Shown here: one piece after another, positions 58,953 through 64,000 of the stretch
Layout of the letters: each line of letters begins with the position of its first letter
Numbering within the stretch: the first letter of the stretch is position 1
NCBI RefSeq assembly: GCF_009914755.1
Contig: NC_060925.1
DNA from: the human T2T-CHM13v2.0 reference genome, Homo sapiens
Direction: 5' to 3' (one strand)
DNA length: 64,000 nucleotides
Program-made: the position numbers and the translations under genes
The notes under the pieces: generated by a model
What the model was told of the DNA's origin: nothing
The model's database searches: none
What the model saw: the letters and a program-made list of their open reading frames with translations, nothing else

Positions 58953-59954
58953 TACAGTGCTTTTTAAAGGTAGCATTTCACCCAGCCAATAATCAATCCC
59001 TTTGGCCTTCTTGAGGTGCAAGGCCACACACTCAAATTCTTTAATCAAACAATAGGCTAGTGCAAATGGAGCTATTTCTTAAACCCAGCTGTTTACACAG
59101 CAGCTACAAATCTGTTCAGAAGGAATCCCCCACCATCCACAACTGTCTATCGAGCAGATGTGCAAGAGTATTTGTCTCTCACCACCAGGGTTGCAGTCAG
59201 GACAAGAGAGCAGGTTTGAACGTCTTCGGCTCCTAGAACTGCACAAGCTGTGTCTTCAGTGCCCAGAGGCGGCTGCAACGTCTCCCCAGTTCTCCTCTCA
59301 GAACAATGGAAATTTTTTTTAGAGGCGTAATAGGAAGGTTTGCATTGAATTATTAAACAATGGGTATTGAAAAATATGTTTTCTTTGACCTCTGTACTTC
59401 TAGCTTTTACCAGTCAGTGTTTTCTTGTACCAAGGCTAAGATATGTATAACACTGAAATGGATGTCTTCTTATATAATATTTTACAAGCTTTTGAAAACC
59501 TGTGCCCTTTAATAAATTTTAAAACGTTTCATGCCCTTCTTTCATTTTCTGAAATTCAAAATAAATTAAATATCAGGGGACACAAAAGCACAAGAAGAAA
59601 GCACTGCTTTGTTTTCAAATCAGGCCCCAAGCCACTGCCCTTGAGATTCTTGTGGGTCAGCACAAGCACCCCTCCCATCTCCAGTTCCTGAGACTCATTG
59701 TTCCAAATGGTAATATTAACATTTGCCATGTTCACTCATGGATAACTTTCCATTATTTCAGTTGTAAACATTTTCTATGTGAAATATGAGATGAGACCAA
59801 TGAAACAATAGATTTTAAACAAATTAAATAAGAATTTTTGCAAGCAAAGGAGCATCATGACTTTGAAATGGCCACTTTTGGGGGCCATGCTTCTAGGGCT
59901 AAAATACGCATGCTTCTGGGGCTAATACCTTGGCTCCAAAAATTGGGAGGTACT

Positions 59955-60100
59955 CATTCAGTGCAGCGGAAAGGAGTATAAGCTTTGGAAGCAGGTGATC
60001 TGGATGCAAATCACATTCTGCCACATTTTAGCTGTTGCCGCTTTGACCTAATTGTTTAACATCTTTCTAAGCCTCAGTTTCCTCAATGGTAAAAGGAGAA
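59955..60100 (+). mobile_element. MIR
   Basis: tctttctaagcctcagtttcctcaatggtaaaa. Confidence 0.7.
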
Positions 60101-62173
60101 AAAAGATAAGAAAAAATGAATGCAAAATGTCTGCACATCTCAAGAAGCTAGTAGTTACCAAGATTGGAACTATCACTAATGATATGTCTTTTCCTTAGAG
60201 ATCTTTTAGGATGATTTTTTTTTTTTTTTAGAATCTCTTGTCTTTTAAAGTCAAATTAAGAGAATAGAAGTGGATAATAAATGGCTGGCCGTTCTAGTTT
60301 TAGAGGGAAAAAAAACTGTTGCTATAGTCACTATCCTACAATTTTGTGTGGTTCGTTAAATGACTCTGAAGTTCACTCCAAAAGATGTTTCCAAAATGTT
60401 CTGAGCGACCACATTCTCCTTAGAATTGTGCACAGACTGGCTGGGTAGCCACTTTGAAGGGATTCAATTCCTTTGAATGTTTAAGTAAGTTGTTTGGTGT
60501 TAAAGAAATTCTCTTTGTTTTATGGCCACACCACAAATATGGACATTGTAAAAAAGGCTTAATGATTGCAAATCCGCCTTGCCATTTCCTCTATGTCCAG
60601 ATATATGTCTTTTTAGAACACTGATGTGTAGTAAGCAGAGATTTTTATTCCTTTTTAATTTTTTTCCCCTTTGATTCCTGAACCTTTGTCATCGACACAG
60701 GAAAATTAGACCCAGTCCCTGCTACCAAAAGCTACCGCGATCATTCCACAGTTTCACACGCTTTCAGGTTTCCATTTTCCTTCTCTCACCCCAGATGCCT
60801 GGCATACGCGATAGCAGCAAAAACAAAATCTGTTGCATTTTTGGAATGTTATTAACACTGAAGCAGCCCAGGGATTGCAACAGCTAAGATAGGGATCCCC
60901 ACCCCCAACTTTTTTCTCACTAGAGAGCAAAGAGCAACTCTTAAATCCAGAAAGCGAGGAGAACCTTGTCCGGAAGAGGCACTCAAATGCATTGAATCCA
61001 CTGATTTCCCTCTGCTTGCCACCCCAGCCTTCACCACCCCATCTCGACTTTCCCACAGGAAAACCATGTTAGGTGTTAGACAATGATGCCACACAATAGA
61101 AATATAAATCCAGTGTTTGTCTAACATAATATAAATGGCACTGCTGAACTCCATCCTTCCTCCCATTGACAACATCAGAGAGATAGTTAGTGAGGGGCAA
61201 AATCATCTGTGATTGTCTCTGCATGGATGTTGAAATTGCTCCCCCCAGGGTCTTCTAGGGTTTTTAAGCATAAAGGTGTTCATCCAACTGAAAAAATTGT
61301 ATATCTATAAGCAATTTGAGATTCAGCATGTCTGGCAATGCACATTTTTTTAAGGATGAGAAAATGCAGCATGAAATGTGTTTATGTATGCTGTGCTGGG
61401 GAATTTCTGAACCTTTCACTGTCATCTTGAAGCCTTTAAGAGGGAAGCTCTTGAGGATGTTGGATTATAAAAGTCATTCTCTCATTTCTGGGACTTAAGG
61501 ACACGTCTCTGAGCATAACAAATGTGCGATCACAAATGAAGGTGCCTTGAGCTTAATGGAAGAAAGGTTTATCTTCAACACTGACATTTCTACTTCTCTA
61601 ATAAAATCATATTGTGCCTCTTTTTTTATTAAAAGGTTTCTTCGCCCTTCCCCTTTCCTAGGGCTGATGGGATTCATCCCCTAAAGCTGGTGTGGTTGGC
61701 AGTAACAGGGCTGAGTAGATTTAGCTGGTATGATCAGGAGATTGGTTACAGGGGAATTGAGCAAATAAGTAAACATATTGAAAATGATGGGAGCCAGGCC
61801 GCTCACTGTTGGAGAGATCTATATTTGAGTTACAAATATAGAATGAAAGAAGGCTAGAATAAATGCTGTGGTGTTGGAATAGAACTGAAAGTATTGGTGT
61901 GAACTCCTGGTTTTTAATGTAAATATATAACAAAGATTTATGTGTATTATGTGTGTATATATAAATATATACATATATAGAGATACACATATACATGCAT
62001 AGACATATCTATCTATCTATATACCTAATTTCCTAGCTCTATCTGCACCGAGTGCCTGAAAGTAAAGGCACCCAAGTAGCAATAAGCATACCTAGCATCC
62101 ACATCATGGCTTCTAGATATTATTTTTTATTAAAAGGAAATAGGACTCCATCAGGAAATAGCTGATTCCAGGA

Positions 62174-62636
62174 TGTGGTAGTTTTAAAACTGGTCCACTC
62201 GAAGATATCTACATCTTAACCCCTGGAACCTGTAAATGTTACCTTATTTGGAAAAAGGATTTTTGCAGATGTGATTAAGTTAAAGATTTTTAAATGAGGA
62301 GATTATCCTGGATTAGCCAGGTGGATCCTAAATGCCATCACAAGTGTCTTTATAAGAGAGAGACGGGGGAGATTACAGACAGAAGAGGAGACAGCGTGAC
62401 TATGGAGGCAGTGATTCAGTCACAAGTCAAGGAGTGCCAGCAGTTACCCCAAGCTGGAAGGGGCAATAGACAGATTCTCCCCTAGAGCCTCTGGAGGGAG
62501 TGTGGTTCTGCCAATAGCTAATTTCATCCCATTAATATTGGTTTCAGACTCCTGGCCTCCAAATTTGTAAGGGAATAGTTTCTGTTGTTTCCAAATCTGT
62601 GGTAATTTGAGATGGCAGTCAAAGGAAGCTAATATA
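62174..62636 (+). mobile_element. MLT1D/C-like solo LTR
   Basis: tgtggtag...cctggaacctgtaaatgttacctt...agattatcctggatta...gctaatata; TSD cagg(a/c). Confidence 0.85.
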
Positions 62637-62799
62637 CAGGCCTGGGGCAGGGAATGTCCAAGATGAGCCTGGAGCATCTTCTTGAGCCAGAAAGTGAGGT
62701 GATGCTCAGGATGAGAAAGGACACAGGGACCAGCCTGAAGGGACTTCCATGGGCCAAAGTGAGGGCAATAAAGAATCAAAGGGAATATCAAGAATAAAA

Positions 62800-63135
<336 letters not shown>

Positions 63136-64000
63136 TCACCATTTGGCAACCAACAGAATGGAAATTAATTTGGACAAGAATCATCAATGGATGCAAAAAC
63201 TAGTGGATGACAGTTTGATGAGAAACAGCATCTTTACATTATCTCACAGTGTCTTCCAACAAAATACTTGTTAACTCTTATTACCCATTTTTAATTTAAC
63301 ATCACCAGTAATGGGACAAATTGACATCATGTACCCTTGATATGATAGACTGAGAACAAAGCATTACTCTGTGGTGTTCCTGCCAAAAATGCATGACATA
63401 AAGCTAATCACGAGGCAGTATCAGACAAACCTGAACTGAGGAGTATTCTACAGATAACTGGCTGTACCCTTTGAAAATGTCAGAGGCATGCAGGACAGGG
63501 AAAGGCTGAGAAACTGTTCCAAATTAATTACTTCCAACAACCAATCCTCAACTGCATTCTGGACCCATAAAGGATATTATCAGGGCAGATGGTAAAATTG
63601 GAAGTTTGTGAATAAATGGTGACATTGTATTGATGTTTCTACTTAGTTATGTAGGAGAATGTCCTGCTTTTAGGAAATGCACACTAAAGTATTAAGAGAT
63701 AATGAGACATTATGTCTGCACCTGCCTCCCAAATTGTTCAGCACAATAATTTATAAAAATACGCAGAAAGATTGAAAGACAAATGTGGTAAAATGTTAAC
63801 AATTAAGGACTCTAGGTAAAGGGCATATGGGAGTTTGTTGTAGCATTCTTGCAACATTTTTGTAAGTTTGAAATTATTTCTAAATGAAAAGTTAAAAAGA
63901 AAAAAAGATAATTATTCTACCATGGTACCCTGTAACTTTCATTCAAAAAGTACTTATGGAATTCCCATTCAGAAAGTGAAAGGGCATTGGAGGGAAAGCC

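Noticed and set aside
60754-61175. 100-aa and 107-aa minus-strand ORFs in unique sequence
   Set aside because: No recognisable domain or convincing splice structure; length within chance expectation

Overview
Primate (human-like) genomic DNA, rich in repeats, with no protein-coding gene I can recognise. It reads as intergenic, intronic or lncRNA territory. It holds about 34 Alu copies (J, S and Y types) and a complete solo ERV9/LTR12 LTR (1430-2811, 4-bp TSD). Other LTR elements are several ERV1 and MaLR solo LTRs (MER4A, MER50, MER21, MLT1C/D, and THE1A with a truncated internal part) and a decayed ERVL gag-pro-pol remnant (~46720-50465). L1, L2 and MIR fragments and DNA-transposon relics (Tigger2, MER1B, MER5, MER81, MER53, MER96) are also present. 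There are two small-RNA retropseudogenes with target-site duplications: Y3 RNA (11993-12094, -) and a 35-nt 5' fragment of U2 snRNA (58918-58952, -). The supplied ORFs are essentially all repeat-derived or chance. The most speculative lead is four well-bounded minus-strand micro-exons that would splice into a 58-aa signal-peptide-like ORF. Other leads are an LTR12 promoter facing into the window, motif clusters, and local template-switch or deletion scars. Repeat subfamily names come from recalled consensus sequences, not a RepeatMasker run; boundaries without a stated TSD are approximate.
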